The notes beneath the pieces were generated by a model. That model saw nothing but the letters and a program-made list of their open reading frames with translations. It was not told the DNA's origin and ran no database searches. A DNA stretch of 64,000 bases from Marsupella aquatica (taxonomy: Eukaryota; Plantae; Marchantiophyta), in the NCBI GenBank assembly GCA_973895155.1, contig OZ316899.1:2811455-2875454 (forward strand), given 5' to 3'. Of the stretch, positions 43,201-55,500 are shown in pieces; the stretch's first letter is position 1, and every line of letters starts with the position of its first letter. A program made the position numbers and the translations under genes.

Positions 43201-45021
43201 GCTCGAGGTTATCCGCGGAGCCCTTGAGAAGAAGGAGGCCGAGTTAGGGAAATCCTATCAAGGGATTATTGCGCTGCAGCAGGAGCTTGCGTCCCTGACG
43301 GCCAGCTTCAAAGCCGACCTGCGTGAGAAGGACAATATGCTCGATCAGACTTACGCCAAGATGAACCAGATGGAGTGTGTCATCATTGCAGAGCTCGACA
43401 AGGAGTTAAGAGCGACCCAGGAGGAGAGAGCTACGTTTAAAAAGGAATTGGAGGAAGCCCAGAAGGAGCTGGAGGAGGCGCGCAAGGACCTGGACAAAGT
43501 GCAGGAGGAGTTGGAGGAAAGCACGCGGAAGCTAGAGAACTTACAACGACGAGCCGACAACCAAACGGAGCGGTTGAAGAAACAAGCCGCAGTATTTAAG
43601 TGCTTGGCTTCATCAGGGCCAACTCAAATTGAGGCCACTAAGTTACCAGGAGTGGTACTGGCTGAAGGACAAACCGCGCCATTTGCACCAGTGCTGGAAG
43701 TAAGTGAGAAGGGGAAGGGGCCAGCTGCCAAACCAGAAAAGAAGAAGAAACGGAAACCTTCAGGGTCAAGGAGTAATACGGCTCCACAGGCCGTGGTGAC
43801 CATGGAGATAAACCCAGCACCGACCTCAGGCAAGATTACGGCAGAGGATCCAACTACCCTAGAAGGGGATGACAAAGCCAAGGCCAGGATACTCGGTAAA
43901 GCCGAGGTACCCAATCTGCCACTTAAGTGTGCAGGGGAGGCCGTAGCCGAGGTTGATGTTGAAGCCGATACCGTAGCCGATGCCGGGGGTGGACCCAGTC
44001 AGGCTGATGGAGAGTTGACTGAGTCAAGGACAGGTAATCTATCAGAGAACGAACCTATGGCAGTGGCTGAGGAGGAAGCATTGGGGGCGTCCACTGAGGG
44101 ACAGACACCGCTGCCATGACGGTGGTGGAGGGCCGCTCCTTTCAAGGAGGGCGGACGTGGAGGGAGGAGGCGTGAGTGGGCAGGGCGGGCTCAGATCTCT
44201 AAGTTTAGGATTAGGATCAGGACCAGGAGGCGGCCCTGACACTTAGCTTAGTGGGATTGCGGTTCCACTGGTAAGAGCAACACTTGTACTCCTGCCTCGC
44301 TGTACATAGGTAGATTCAGTTAGGTAGATTAGGCTTACGCTGCAAAGAATTAGGCGGATCCACTACCAGGATAAGTACCTGGGCAGTGGGGAGCTCAGAG
44401 CCTCTTCTTTAGCAAGTTTTTAGTTGCACCAGCCGGGCTGGGATCAAGCAGTAAGAGAAGCTCTCGGTTAGTCATACAATGACCCTTGTGTATATTCATG
44501 TTTCCTCATGCCTAAGAGCTGAATAGAGTTGGCCTCACGGCTTAGTTCGCAGAGCTTGTGTATGAGATGTACTGTTTGTATGGCAAGTGCATGGTATGAC
44601 TCAATCAGAAGGAGTCATTTTGCTATTTGTGTGTCGCATTAACTTGTGTGAAGAGTGCCCACATCAACTAATAGATGAAGGAAAGTAAGCAAGGGAGTGA
44701 GAGTTGGATGTGTCGAGCTGAAAGAGGTCTTAGCGGCTTAACCAAGCCTATTGGGGATCATTCCGGCGGCGGAATCCAAATATACCTAACAAGAAGGAGG
44801 GGAAGACAAGGGAAGGCCTAGATTAGGCCAGCTACGTATCTCATGACCCGATGAAGGATCTGTCCAGTATATGTGTGTAAAATGTTAATAGTAGTAGTAG
44901 AGGGAGGTTAGCAGCGTCCCATGCCACTAAGCCGTGAAAACGGCCTCGCCAAGCGTGAAACTGCGGGAATCGGCTTGTGAAGGGGGTTTCTGGGGTTTAG
45001 GGAGCCATGGGACGCACCACA
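40297..45021 (+). repeat. Element C 5' LTR (4725 bp)
   Basis: Colinear with 51215-52001 plus 58890-62854 and with 16972-21637; followed by the PBS. Confidence 0.96.
40637..44119 (+). CDS. Intact LTR-embedded ORF (1160 codons): conserved plant-transposon-type domain, Pro/Glu-rich region, long coiled coil
   Basis: Uninterrupted frame inside the 5' LTR; first ATG near 40672. The ancestral ATG at 40392 is cut off by TAG-TAG (TGG-TGG in B). Confidence 0.88.
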   Translation: MGTDTDYQLKKGMRNVNQAAHFWGCLFERATGYIGTYEDAESERVAREWLELARLWELQKATFLGGELIKAEFLWTPTGNELDDLLFCEDRVVGIREAIKRCNDIHWELKGSTEGWTKATVLGETSTTAEMKRKGNNNEEATPAKRTRSAAPKKPAKQQSRRQREAEEEEVDPINAIPTNDDTWKGWAATLPEEVQLHFAREEDACFTAMQTKKYQGFMAGSGLEAFVRLPWLKPEVPDSDLLEFVGSWEPETNSTRVYGKDFYLTPRVIAEVFGLPMGNKTKVDTRKTLPDKEFRSIPGPSTKNGFFRNTCTNPHIGEMIDFLRVTMHCNLPRAEIGKAQVYLAERPDPSRDYNGYLLNQLKKILKEEQQVIGVGSVSRLGYHMPLLCRYARSQIFAPVLPLSTRAPEEVPEQRPTPEKPNQPDSPTIEQVFRPRKEDLPMQQPGMQNLLKLLEKERRRVPAMATKPAPIQDAAREADLSRLTRENPFTGVKERGRPKHEPGVQMYVGASSPKAEEKQAVAPSHDKENKRSTRKPEEEPRPVRGEAVFTTKPGEQREKPVVQAEEEAVEDYSNDDFGYGSDHHVPGVRTCGQFIPTLPRVVRGDPSQQSSPESPPPDVAPPSFDGIKQTAQEFQERIREEEEAALAREKDLRGGEWPEDIRRLAEKQSNPLATVEEIRKTAWEQRPRWLMPMTSSYSTYAKDRAMEYGEMCGVLALSIFGEELEQGPFFQREMLEKRQLEEAVALERSKKDEVIRRLRAREAKIKDLGAAKKAQDELRIKRHELNIMQGQLDTAQSDNRIIENKLTQTQGELADAIKEREKWKRKLRDAEEAHITANNRAMAETQRRERALKGELEVIRGALEKKEAELGKSYQGIIALQQELASLTASFKADLREKDNMLDQTYAKMNQMECVIIAELDKELRATQEERATFKKELEEAQKELEEARKDLDKVQEELEESTRKLENLQRRADNQTERLKKQAAVFKCLASSGPTQIEATKLPGVVLAEGQTAPFAPVLEVSEKGKGPAAKPEKKKKRKPSGSRSNTAPQAVVTMEINPAPTSGKITAEDPTTLEGDDKAKARILGKAEVPNLPLKCAGEAVAEVDVEADTVADAGGGPSQADGELTESRTGNLSENEPMAVAEEEALGASTEGQTPLP

Positions 45022-45025
45022 TTTT

Positions 45026-45042
45026 TGGCGCTAGATGGAGGG
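45026..45042 (+). other. PBS of element C (probably tRNA-Asn)
   Basis: TGGCGCTAGATGGAGGG after CACCACA-TTTT. Confidence 0.85.
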
Positions 45043-45090
45043 GGCATTTCTTAAGCCGTGAGATATGAAGTTAGGAAAGAAGCGTAGGTA

Positions 45091-48053
45091 ATGACTGAAT
45101 CTACGCCAAGGGAGGAAAGAGCGATTCAACGGGAGAGAGCTCGTCTGCAGCAGGTCACCGGGTGGCATGATACACAGCGACTGAGAGGGGCAAAAAGAGC
45201 TGGTAGCTTCGAAGATGGAAGTGGCGTCGAAGACGACATACCAGAAGAAGAGTCGGTAGGAAGAAACGAGTACCCAACCGACATGGGGGAACCAGAGGCA
45301 CGGCCAGACGAGAGGCCAGGGACCAGACTGAGCCAACGGTTGCGCATTCATTACAAGGCATTTCATGGGAGAGGAGATGAGAATCCGGACGAATGGTTGG
45401 ATGATTTCGAGGGAACCGCTGCAGCAAATGGAGAATCGGCCATCAAGATGCAGATTCTTCCCGGCCTGTTCAAGGGTGAGGCTAGGCCTTGGTATAGAGC
45501 ATTGGATGTGGAAGATCAACCCATCTGGGATACCTTCAAAACACTATTTGTTAAGGAGTTTCGACCCATTGGAACTTCAGAACTAGCAGTGCTGAAGTTG
45601 GGACGACTTCGGTTCAAGGAGAACAAATCCTTCAGGAAGTTCTTGCAACGCTTTCAGAAACTGGTAAGACGTACAAAGACAATGCATCTGAAGGTATGCA
45701 ACTTCAATGGTTGGTGAATGCTTTGCCACAGAAGATGAGTTTTGCAATTAGGAAGGAGAACCCAGAGACTTTAGCCGAGGCAATTAAAGATATTCAATTA
45801 TACATTAATGCAGATATCACAAGCCAGAAGAAACAGCTTAAGTCTGAGAGTTCCTCATCGGAGGAAGGATCACCCCATAAGAAAAAGGATAATAAAAAGA
45901 AACACTCTAAGAAGTCAAGAAGTAATAACTCAAGCTCGGATAGTGGAAGTAGCAAGAGTGAGTCATCCTCTAGTTCTGAAGAAGAAAAAACTAGGAAAAG
46001 GAGGGGCAAAAGAAGAGGGAAGACGAAAGTCAAGCTGGAGGCTAAACCACCAGATAACATTGTAGCCCTTACCGAGCAACTTAAAGCTATAATAGCAGAG
46101 GTAAAACCAAAGAAGAAGGTAGTGCAGGAGGATAGCTCTGTATGGTGTGCCTTATGTTATAAAACCGGATACCATAAAGATGCATGTCCTAAGCTCAATA
46201 CTAGTCATGTTCGGCATGTGGCTGAAGTCAGACCAAGTCAGGGAGAAGTAGAGTACTTTCTAGGAGATGCCGCTGATAGTGTTTTCGGCATCAGTGAGAC
46301 TGGAGCACGAGACCTATCCAACCGACCTGCATCTCTCTGGTTAGGATTAAGGAACAATCCAGGAGAGATGTATCCTCGGATTATTCAGAATCCGTCAGTA
46401 CCTCCTAGGCCGAATGTGCAAAGATTTGCGGCATGCTATAATTGTGGTCAACCTGGCCATTTTGCTAGAGAATGCCCGAATGCACGCAAATAAGGTGATG
46501 GACAGCCAGCTCAGCTATGTATGGGATGCCGACAGGAGGGTCACATGCTAGGACAATGTCCTACTTGGTTGGCGGGATTGGCCGCAAATCATAAGCTCTT
46601 GCCGGTCAAGGTCTTGCCGCCAGGTACTACCCCAGGAGGAGTTCAAATCAACCATATCGAACTCGGATGGCAAGTGGATGCCGAGGCAGAATTTGGACCA
46701 TCTGATGATGAGACCGAGGCCCTATCAACATTTTCAGAAGAGGATATGGATTGTGATTGCTACCGGGTCTCTACTCGATCAACCAGAAGGAAGGAAAGGT
46801 GGGATGGGCTGGCCAAAAATAAAGGGAAGGTTCAGGAAGAAAAGATCGACTCTTCGTCAACATCAACGGAAGGAGAAAGAAGGGCACCGTCAACACAAGC
46901 AAGCCATGAGCCCACCAGTGAGCCCAATCCTTCACAGGACAGCAACTTCAATCGAGACCACCCTAAGTTGTTCTACCCATCTATCACGGCTAGTATTAAG
47001 GAACAACTGCGAGAATTAGAAACCCTGGAGAATACTGAAGCCATAGCCAAGGATATGAAACGAGCAAAAGCATTGTTTGCTTCGGAAGATCCAACGGCTG
47101 TGGGGACTAGCGTGACACCACTGGAGAAGCCGATAGTTCCCTATGACCTGGCTAAAGATGTACTAGAATCTAGAGTCTCGGCAACAGTAGGTCAACTATT
47201 GAAAAATAGCCCGTACTTCCGGAAGCAGTTAAGAAAAGCGATCCTCGGCAAGCCAAGATTACCCAAGGTAGCGACCAGATCCGACGTACTAATGATAGAA
47301 GAAGATCAAGGAGCCCCAGCATTACCATTAGTGATTCAAGGAGAAATATTACTACGGGTACCCATCGATGGAGGATCAGGGGTATGTATTATGATTGATT
47401 CAACAGCAAAGGGGTGGGGTCTAACACCGGAAATGACTGGAAGAGTGTTGAACATGGCCAATGGGTATCAGGTCATTCCCACGGGAGTGTTAACCGGCAT
47501 CAAGACAGAGATAGGAGGTATCTTCTTTAGCATTAACTATGTAGTAATGAAGCCGGTAAATCCTACGTCATTCCGGCTATTGATTGGTAGGCCGTGGCTA
47601 TACCTAGCCAAGGTAATAGAGGATTGGGGTAAGAAGGAGTTCACTTTTGGGACCCCCTCTATCACGGTATCCTGGGATACCAAGGATGACCGCAGAAGAA
47701 AGATCAAGGAGGTAGACGGGTACGATAGTGGACTGGAATCAGCCGATGAGGTACGATGGTTAGAATGCCTCGCTGACCAAACCGAAGAAAGTGTCTTTGG
47801 ACCAGAGGTATCCCCCAACGGACTATGGCAAGAACCTATGGAGAATGACTTGGAGGATTGTGAAGACGAAGCCGAGGACTGCTTTGCCATAGAGTCCACT
47901 TTTTTAGCTGCAATTCCGGAGGAAGCACAAGAAGTAAGCCAATTGGATGAAACGGCTAAGGGGGGAGCTATACCCGTGATGGTGGATTTTCCTCAGGCGT
48001 TGTGGCAGAGCCGGCAGGATCCACAACGCCGTCTATCATTGGCAAGCAATTAA
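45091..48053 (+). pseudogene. gag: Element C ORF1 gag-protease (1-nt deletion near 45680, TAA at 46491-46493)
   Basis: Fragments 45091-45717, 45696-46493 and 46521-48053 are colinear with the intact B ORF1. Confidence 0.93.
47984..48030 (+). other. Putative -1 frameshift signal of element C
   Basis: G GAT TTT in the ORF1 frame, 5-nt spacer, 10-bp stem GGCGTTGTGG/CCACAACGCC. Confidence 0.75.
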
Positions 48054-51000
48054 ATACCAAGGGATCGGCATACAAGCCGATTACGAGGGCAGAACAAATT
48101 GAGGCCCTAATAGAAGCCGGGAGAGCACAGCGGCCTGACCCTCAGGAGGAAGAGGTGGAAGAGATGCACAGACACAATCCAGAGCCGAGGCAGGAAGGGA
48201 AGCCGACTACCAATTCAAAACCGAATAGACCGGCAAGGAGACAATCTATGGGCACCAAGGGAGAAACCGACTCGGCTAGTACAGCCGAGATTCCAGTTTA
48301 TGGAGGTATGAGACTGGAGAGGCTGGAAGCCGAGCTGGACCCGAATTTGAAGAAGCAGATTAATATGATCCAAGCACGGCAATATCGGAAGCTTGACTTA
48401 GGAGAAGGAAGGGAACTGAACTTAGGGAGAGACCTAGCACCTGAGCTTGAGAAAGAAATCAATGACTTACTGATTGAATTTCAGGATGTGTTCGCATGGA
48501 GTCACCAAGATCTAAAGGGAGTAGATCCAACATTAGGGGAACATCGAATTGATCTCATGTTAGGAGCCAAATCATTCAGACAACCAATTCGAAGGATGAA
48601 TCCTAAGTATTCCCTGATGGTCAAAACAGAAATCGACAAATTAGTGGAAGCCGGATTCATCACTCCAGTCCTGCATTCAGACTGGGTGTCTCCAATTGTG
48701 ATAGTACCTAAGAAAGCTGGACCCGATGGTCAACCCAAGATCCGCGTTTGTCAGGATTATAGAAAGTTGAATGAGGCTACGTTGAAAGATCATTTTCCTT
48801 TACCCTTTACTGATATGGTGTTAGACATGGTAGCCAGTCATGAACTATATTCATTCATGGATGGGTACTCTGGTTATAACCAAATCAGGATTAGGCAGGA
48901 GGACCAAATCAAGACGGCCTTCATCACGGAATGGGGGATCTATGTCTTCAATCGTATGCCGTTTGGACTCTGTAACGCACCAGCTATGTTTCAACGATTG
49001 ATGGTGAACATTTTCCATGATTACTTGAGAAAGTTCATGGAAATCTTCATTGATGACTTTGCAGTATTCGGGAAGGCATCGAAACATGCTAAATACCTAA
49101 GGAAAACCTTCATGAGATGCAGAGAGGTAGGTCTCAAGTTACATCCAGATAAATGTTTCTTTGGGGTAACAAAAGGTGTGCTACTAGGTCACAAGGTATC
49201 AAAGAAGGGCATTGAGATTGACAAGGGTAAGCTAGCAGTATGGCTTGACATCATGCAACCTAAGAACATAAAGGATGTAAGATCCTTCTTGGGTTGCATT
49301 GGGTATTATCGCCGGTTTATTAAAGATTTTGCCAAACTAGCTTTACCATTAACCAACATGCTCAAGGCAGGCGCAGACTTTGAACCCACACCAGAAAGAG
49401 TAACAGCTGTGGTGGAATTAAAGCAAAAGTTAGTGGAAGCCCCAGTCATGATAGCACCAGACTGGAACAAGGAATTTCATGTCTTTGTAGATGTCTCAGG
49501 CTTCTGTATCGGCTCAGTACTAAGTCAGTTGGATGAGAAAGGGAGGGACCATCCCATATACTTTGCAAGCCGTCAGCTTGCCGATGCCGAACGGAACTAC
49601 TCCACCACAGAAAGAGAAGCATTAGGAGTCATTTATTCATGTAAAAAGTTTAGGCATTATTTGCTAGGGTACAAGGTAATCTTTCATACCAATCATGAAA
49701 GTTTGAAGTACCTAGTAAATAAGCCGGACCTTACAGGCAGGGTAGCAAGATGGATTTTGCTATTACAGGAGTTTGACTACGAGTTAAAGATCAAACCGGG
49801 GAAGCTACACGCCAATGCCGACTTCTTTTCAAGGATCACAGGTGAACCTGCCATGGATTGCATCGATGATCGATTCCCCGACGAGGAGCTATTCGTTGTG
49901 GAAATAGCTGATACATGGTACTCGGAGATTTTGCAATTTCTCAGCACGACCAGATTACAGCCAGGGCTAACCCGAGAACAAGCCGCAATCTTTCTGCGGA
50001 AGGTCAGACAGTATCAGTACATTAAGGGTGTACTACACAGGTATGGAATCAACGGCACTTTTCAAAGGTGTTTAGAAAAGGGAGAGGTAAAACGAGTCTT
50101 ACGGGCTATGCATGGAGAAGAGGCCGGAGGATATTTTGCTCCAGTAACCACTTCTAAAAAAATATTAAATGCCGGTTACTGGTGGCCCACCTTGCACAAG
50201 GATGTCTATCAGTTCATCAAACAATGTGATCCCTGTCAGCGAGCAGGAGGACCAAGGGCGTCTACAAGACATCCACTGCACCCTATTCTACCTCTGGCAC
50301 CATTTGAGAAGTGGGGTATTGATTACATTGGACCGCTGAAACCATTAACCCATCCTCGGAGAAACAAGTATATAATCCTGGCCACGGATTATGCAACTAA
50401 GTGGGTGGAGGCCAGACCGACAACGAAGGATGATGCAATTACTACAGCTCGATTTCTGTATGAGCAGATCTTCACCAGGTATGGAGCACCCCTAGAATTA
50501 GTTAGTGATAGAGGAACCCATTTTCTGAATGATATAATTAGTCGTTTAAATGAGCAGTATTTAGTTAGACATAGGCCTACTACTCCTTACCACCCAAAGG
50601 CAAATGGATTGACAGAACGAACCAATGGGATTATAGGAAAGATATTGAACAAGATAGTAGCTCAGAACAAACTCAATTGGGATGATAAATTGTTTGCTGC
50701 TGTTTTTGCTTACAATTTAGCCTATAAATCCACCACTGGACATACACCCTTTTTCTTAACCTTTGGACAAGAAGCTCTGGTACCCATGCAACTTGAGATA
50801 CCGACATTTCAAGTTACAATTGAGGAAAGAGTCTCAGAGGAGGAAAGCCTGAAAGAGCGAGAATATAGATTAGAAGCTTTAGAGGAGGCAAGAATGATTT
50901 CAGCCGAGAGAGTAGAATATAGACAGAATACCATGAAGCAGCAGTATGATAAAAAGTTGAAAGTAGTTAGTATTCACATAGGAGATCTTGTATTACTTTA

Positions 51001-51226
51001 TGACAGTAGGTATAGTAGGTTTCCAGGGAAGCTTTACACTCGCTGGTTAGGACCTTTCAGGGTATCAAAGAAGTTCCCCAACGGCTCTGTGCAATTGGCC
51101 AACATTACCAGAGAGGTGTACCCAGTTCGTATTCACTACGACCGCCTCAAGAAATACTATATGGACAAAGATGAAGTTGTTCGCGAGGACGCTTCACAAT
51201 TAAGTGGGGAGCTATGTGATGCCTAG
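48002..51226 (+). CDS. pol: Element C ORF2: intact RT, RNase H, integrase
   Basis: 1074-aa open frame with FIDD, FVDVSG, WGIDYIGP, SDRGTHF and GPF motifs; stop lies inside the 3' LTR. Confidence 0.95.
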   Translation: MAEPAGSTTPSIIGKQLNTKGSAYKPITRAEQIEALIEAGRAQRPDPQEEEVEEMHRHNPEPRQEGKPTTNSKPNRPARRQSMGTKGETDSASTAEIPVYGGMRLERLEAELDPNLKKQINMIQARQYRKLDLGEGRELNLGRDLAPELEKEINDLLIEFQDVFAWSHQDLKGVDPTLGEHRIDLMLGAKSFRQPIRRMNPKYSLMVKTEIDKLVEAGFITPVLHSDWVSPIVIVPKKAGPDGQPKIRVCQDYRKLNEATLKDHFPLPFTDMVLDMVASHELYSFMDGYSGYNQIRIRQEDQIKTAFITEWGIYVFNRMPFGLCNAPAMFQRLMVNIFHDYLRKFMEIFIDDFAVFGKASKHAKYLRKTFMRCREVGLKLHPDKCFFGVTKGVLLGHKVSKKGIEIDKGKLAVWLDIMQPKNIKDVRSFLGCIGYYRRFIKDFAKLALPLTNMLKAGADFEPTPERVTAVVELKQKLVEAPVMIAPDWNKEFHVFVDVSGFCIGSVLSQLDEKGRDHPIYFASRQLADAERNYSTTEREALGVIYSCKKFRHYLLGYKVIFHTNHESLKYLVNKPDLTGRVARWILLLQEFDYELKIKPGKLHANADFFSRITGEPAMDCIDDRFPDEELFVVEIADTWYSEILQFLSTTRLQPGLTREQAAIFLRKVRQYQYIKGVLHRYGINGTFQRCLEKGEVKRVLRAMHGEEAGGYFAPVTTSKKILNAGYWWPTLHKDVYQFIKQCDPCQRAGGPRASTRHPLHPILPLAPFEKWGIDYIGPLKPLTHPRRNKYIILATDYATKWVEARPTTKDDAITTARFLYEQIFTRYGAPLELVSDRGTHFLNDIISRLNEQYLVRHRPTTPYHPKANGLTERTNGIIGKILNKIVAQNKLNWDDKLFAAVFAYNLAYKSTTGHTPFFLTFGQEALVPMQLEIPTFQVTIEERVSEEESLKEREYRLEALEEARMISAERVEYRQNTMKQQYDKKLKVVSIHIGDLVLLYDSRYSRFPGKLYTRWLGPFRVSKKFPNGSVQLANITREVYPVRIHYDRLKKYYMDKDEVVREDASQLSGELCDA
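51202..51214 (+). other. PPT of element C
   Basis: AAGTGGGGAGCTA before TGTGATG. Confidence 0.88.
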
Positions 51227-52001
51227 CCAGGAATCACTGGGCTAGTTTAAGGGGAAAAGGGAAGTGTACCCTAGAAACACCTTAGTATAGTTACATAAAT
51301 AAGGAAAATATAAACAATTAAGGGTGACTATGGAACCCGAGCCGAGGCCGGAAGTAAGGACGCCAGGGGAGAGAACACGATTAGGGTTAGGGCACGCTAA
51401 GTGCCAGCGGCTAGGGGTAACCAACGGGAGGGAGAACCAGAGGAGGAGAGGGGTAAGGACCGCTCGCGAGGAATAGTAGCTCATTTGCAAGCACGAACTG
51501 AGCAGGCGACTACGGGCGGCCAACTACTGTCAACTGCTTAGGCAAGCGCTCAGCGTGGGAACAGATACCGACTATCAACTCGAGAAGGGTATGAGCAACG
51601 TCAATCAAGCGGCACATTTTTGGGGATGCCTGTTCGAACGGGCAACTGAGTACATTGGGACTTACGAGGACGCAGAATCGGAGAGAGCAGCTTGAGAATG
51701 GCTGGAGCTCGCCCGATTGTGGGAGTTGCAGAAAGCTGCCTTCTTAGGAGGAGAACTCATCAAGGCTGAATTCCTGTGGACGCCTACTGGCAACGAGCTA
51801 GACGACCTGTTGTTTTGCGAAGACAGAGTCGTCGGCATCCGAGAAGCCATCAAACGCTGCAACGACATACACTGGGAGTTGAAGGGTAGCACGGAGGGGT
51901 GGACAAAGGCAACCGTGCTAGGAGAGACATCCACGATAGCCGAGATGAAGAGGAAGGGGAACAACAACGAAGAGGCCACCCCGGCAAAAAGAACGCGGTC
52001 G

Positions 52002-52332
52002 TGTTGAACTAAGATGTCATTCGCAACGACCATACAACCATGACTTATTCCATGCACACGTAGTCGACACAATCTCTACGTGGTTCACCTCTTCTCCAAG
52101 GCTACGTCCACACGAACACTCAAGCTTTACTTCAAGAGTAAACGAACACACATGCTCTCCCTCTTCCTCAAGTTGCTCCGTTACAAAAATGAGTAAGCAC
52201 CACTCACCAGCGGCTTACACTAGCCCATATACAAGGTCACACATGACTAACCTAACCTCAGCTAAGACCCTAACTGTGGTTAGCCTAAGTGCCGTAACCT
52301 TTGAGTCACAAGACTAAGAGCAATCCTTAACA
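52002..52332 (-). repeat. Element H 3' LTR
   Basis: TGTT...AACA; direct repeat of 58559-58889. Confidence 0.97.
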
Positions 52333-52536
52333 AACTCCCCCTTGACTCTAGTCTTGGGGACTGCAATTTCTGCTATCCATATGAGATACTCAGCGGGAAA
52401 TTCTAGACAATCACCTAAAACCATAGGTGTCCCCCTAAAAACCATTTAAGGTTAACTAAGAGTTAACTAGAATTAAGCCGTAGCCATAACAGGATTGAGT
52501 AACTCATATACAGAAATCACATCTTGTTAAGTTACT

Positions 52537-55500
52537 CTACTTGTGCTGCAAATGCAAAACCTGCAAAGTAGCACGGTGTCTTGAGTAACTCTCCAAAGGA
52601 ATCACTTTGGTAAAAGCATCAGCCGGGTTGAGTTTTCCATCGATCTTGACTAGCTTAAACATTTTATCAGACACTGCTTGCCTAATAAAATGGTACCTAA
52701 TGTCAATGTGCTTCACCCTGCTATCCATCACCTGGTTAATAGCTAGGTGAAGCGCACTCTGGCTGTCACAATGAAGAGCCATTTTTCCATGCTCCAATCC
52801 CATCTCAATGACCAGCTTATCCAACCAAATTGCTTCCTTTGCTGCTTCTGCTGCTGCAACATATTCTGCTTCTGTAGTAGACTGAGATACACACTTCTGC
52901 AAGGTAGATCTCCAACTTATGCATCCTCCTCCAAGAGTAAACACATACCCAGTCGTTGACCTCCTTGTTTCCAGACAGCCTCCGTAGTCAGAATCTACAT
53001 AGCCAACCAATGATTTGGTTTTGTTTGATTTACTATCAAACAACAAACCATAGTCTATTGTGCCTTTAAGATACCTGAGAATCCATTTCACAGCCTCCCA
53101 ATGTACCTTCCCTGGATTTGACATGAATCTACTCACTTTGCCCATTGCTAGGGCTAGATCAGGCCTGGTACATGTCATCAAATACATTAGACTGCCCACT
53201 GCCTTCTCATAAGGAACCTTAGTCATCAAGCCTCTCTCCACTGGATCCGTGGGGCAGAAAGCTGATGATAACTTGAAATGTGGAGCCAAAGGAATACTTA
53301 CTGGCTTACAATTTTCCATGTTGAATCTTGCAAGTACCTTACCTTTTCAGCATACTTGCCTTGATTCAGCCACAATTGTCCAGTTTCAAAGTTCCTTGTA
53401 ATCTCCATACCTAAGATCCTTTTGGCTTTCCCAAGATCCTTCATTCAAAATTCAGAACTCAATTTTGCTTTGAGTTTGTCAACCTCAGTTTGATCCTTAG
53501 CCGCAATCAACATGTCATCCACATAGAGCACCAAAATGAGCAAACCAAACACACCATTCTTGACTGATTTCGTATACACACAAGGGTCATACACCATCCT
53601 AGTGAATCCTTGTGCAAGCATGAAATCATCAAACCGCTTGTTCCACTGTCGAGGAGCTTGCTTCAATCCATAGAAGGACTCAAGCAACCTGCAAACTAAA
53701 CTCTCTTGGCCCTTCTTCACAAAGCCCAGTGGTTGCCTCATGAAAATTTGTTCTTCCAAGGTGCCATAGAGAAAAGCAGTAACAACATCCATTTGATCTA
53801 ACACCAGATCAAAAAACACAACAAGTTGACACAAAATTCGTATCGTGGAATACTTGGCAACTGGAGAGAAGACCTCATTGTAATCCACTCCCTTCTCTTG
53901 AGTGAATCCCTTGGCAACAAGCCTTGCCTTGTATATCTTGTCTCCTCCATCTGAAGAGTTGTCCTTCAGCTTGTAAATCCACTTGCTATCCACCACTTGT
54001 TGATCACTTGGCAGCTGCACCAGCTCCCATGTTCTGTTGTCACTTAAAGATTGCAACTCCCTCTGCATCGCTGCATTCCATTCATCTTTCTCGTCTGAAA
54101 TGCACGCCTCATGATAAGAAGAAGGTTCTCCTTCTTCCAAGATTAGTGCTCTATCATCATCTTCAGGTGCAATGTCAACATCATCTAACCTTGATGAATC
54201 TGTCCATTGTCCATACCTTGTAGGAGCTCGAGTAGTACGTCTCGATTTTCTAGCTGATGATTCTGGTTGATCTTGTTCTGTTGGTTGAATTTGAGGTATT
54301 CCAACAACAACCTGCTCCTCTTGTTCCAATACCGGAACCAGCTCCATTCTCGGAGCACCTCCTTCATTTATGTCATGAAAACTCTCATGACCAATCTCCC
54401 CCACAACATGGTCCAGGATAGGAGATTTACCTTTGTCAGTACGGGAAGCCTGAGCATCCTCCCCCTCCTTTGATGATCTGGATTCATTAAAGGATACATC
54501 TCTACTGACAAGCAATGTACAAGCTTTTGGATCCCATAGCCTGTAACCTTTCACACCTGGTTGATAACCAAGAAAAAGACACTTCTTGGAAGTAGAATCT
54601 AGTTTAGATCGATTTTGTTTAGGTGTGAGAGCATATGCATCACTTCCAAAGACTCTCAAAACCTGATAGTCTGCGTGCCGTCCATACCTCATTTCAAATG
54701 GCGTCTTGAAATTGATTGCACTTGAAGGAGAAAGATTTACCAAATAAGTTGTCGTATTTATAGCTTCAGCCCAAAATTCATGCGGTAAACCTGATTGGCT
54801 CAACATACTTCTCGATCGCTCCAATAGTGTTCGGTTTAGCCGCTCACAAACACCATTCTGTTGAGGAGTATAAACTGTCGTGAGATGACGAGTAATCCCT
54901 TGCTCTGCACAATATAGTTCAAATTCACTTGAACTGTACTCCCCGCCGTTATCTGATCGCAGATATCTCACCTTTGATCCAGTCTGATTCTCAATTTGGA
55001 CTTTTCACTTCTTAAAAGTGCCAAAAACTTCAGACTTGGCGTGTAGAAATGTGATCCACACATACCGTGAGTAATCATCAATGAACGTGACATAGTACAA
55101 TTTTCCAGAAAGTGAGGGAGTTGGGGCTGGACCCCACACATCACTATGTACATATTCAAGTATAGCTTTGGTATTGTGAGTTCCAACACCAAAGGTTCTC
55201 CTGTGCTGCTTCCCAAGCACACAGTGTTCACAAAAATCTAGCTTAGTAGATTCCAAATTAGAAAGAAGTCCTTTCCTGCGAAGTACCGCCAAACCCGTTT
55301 CACTCATGTGTCCTAATCTGCAGTGCCACAACTGAGTCATCTCGCATTGAGATCTAGTTACATTGGCTTCTTCACAAATCACGTTGCCCTCCAACAGGTA
55401 TAGATTCCTGTGCCGCTTACCCTTCATGACAACCTTGCCTCCGGTTGACACTTGAAGAATACCATCAGCAGAACTCCACCGACATCCATTTGCTTCCAGC

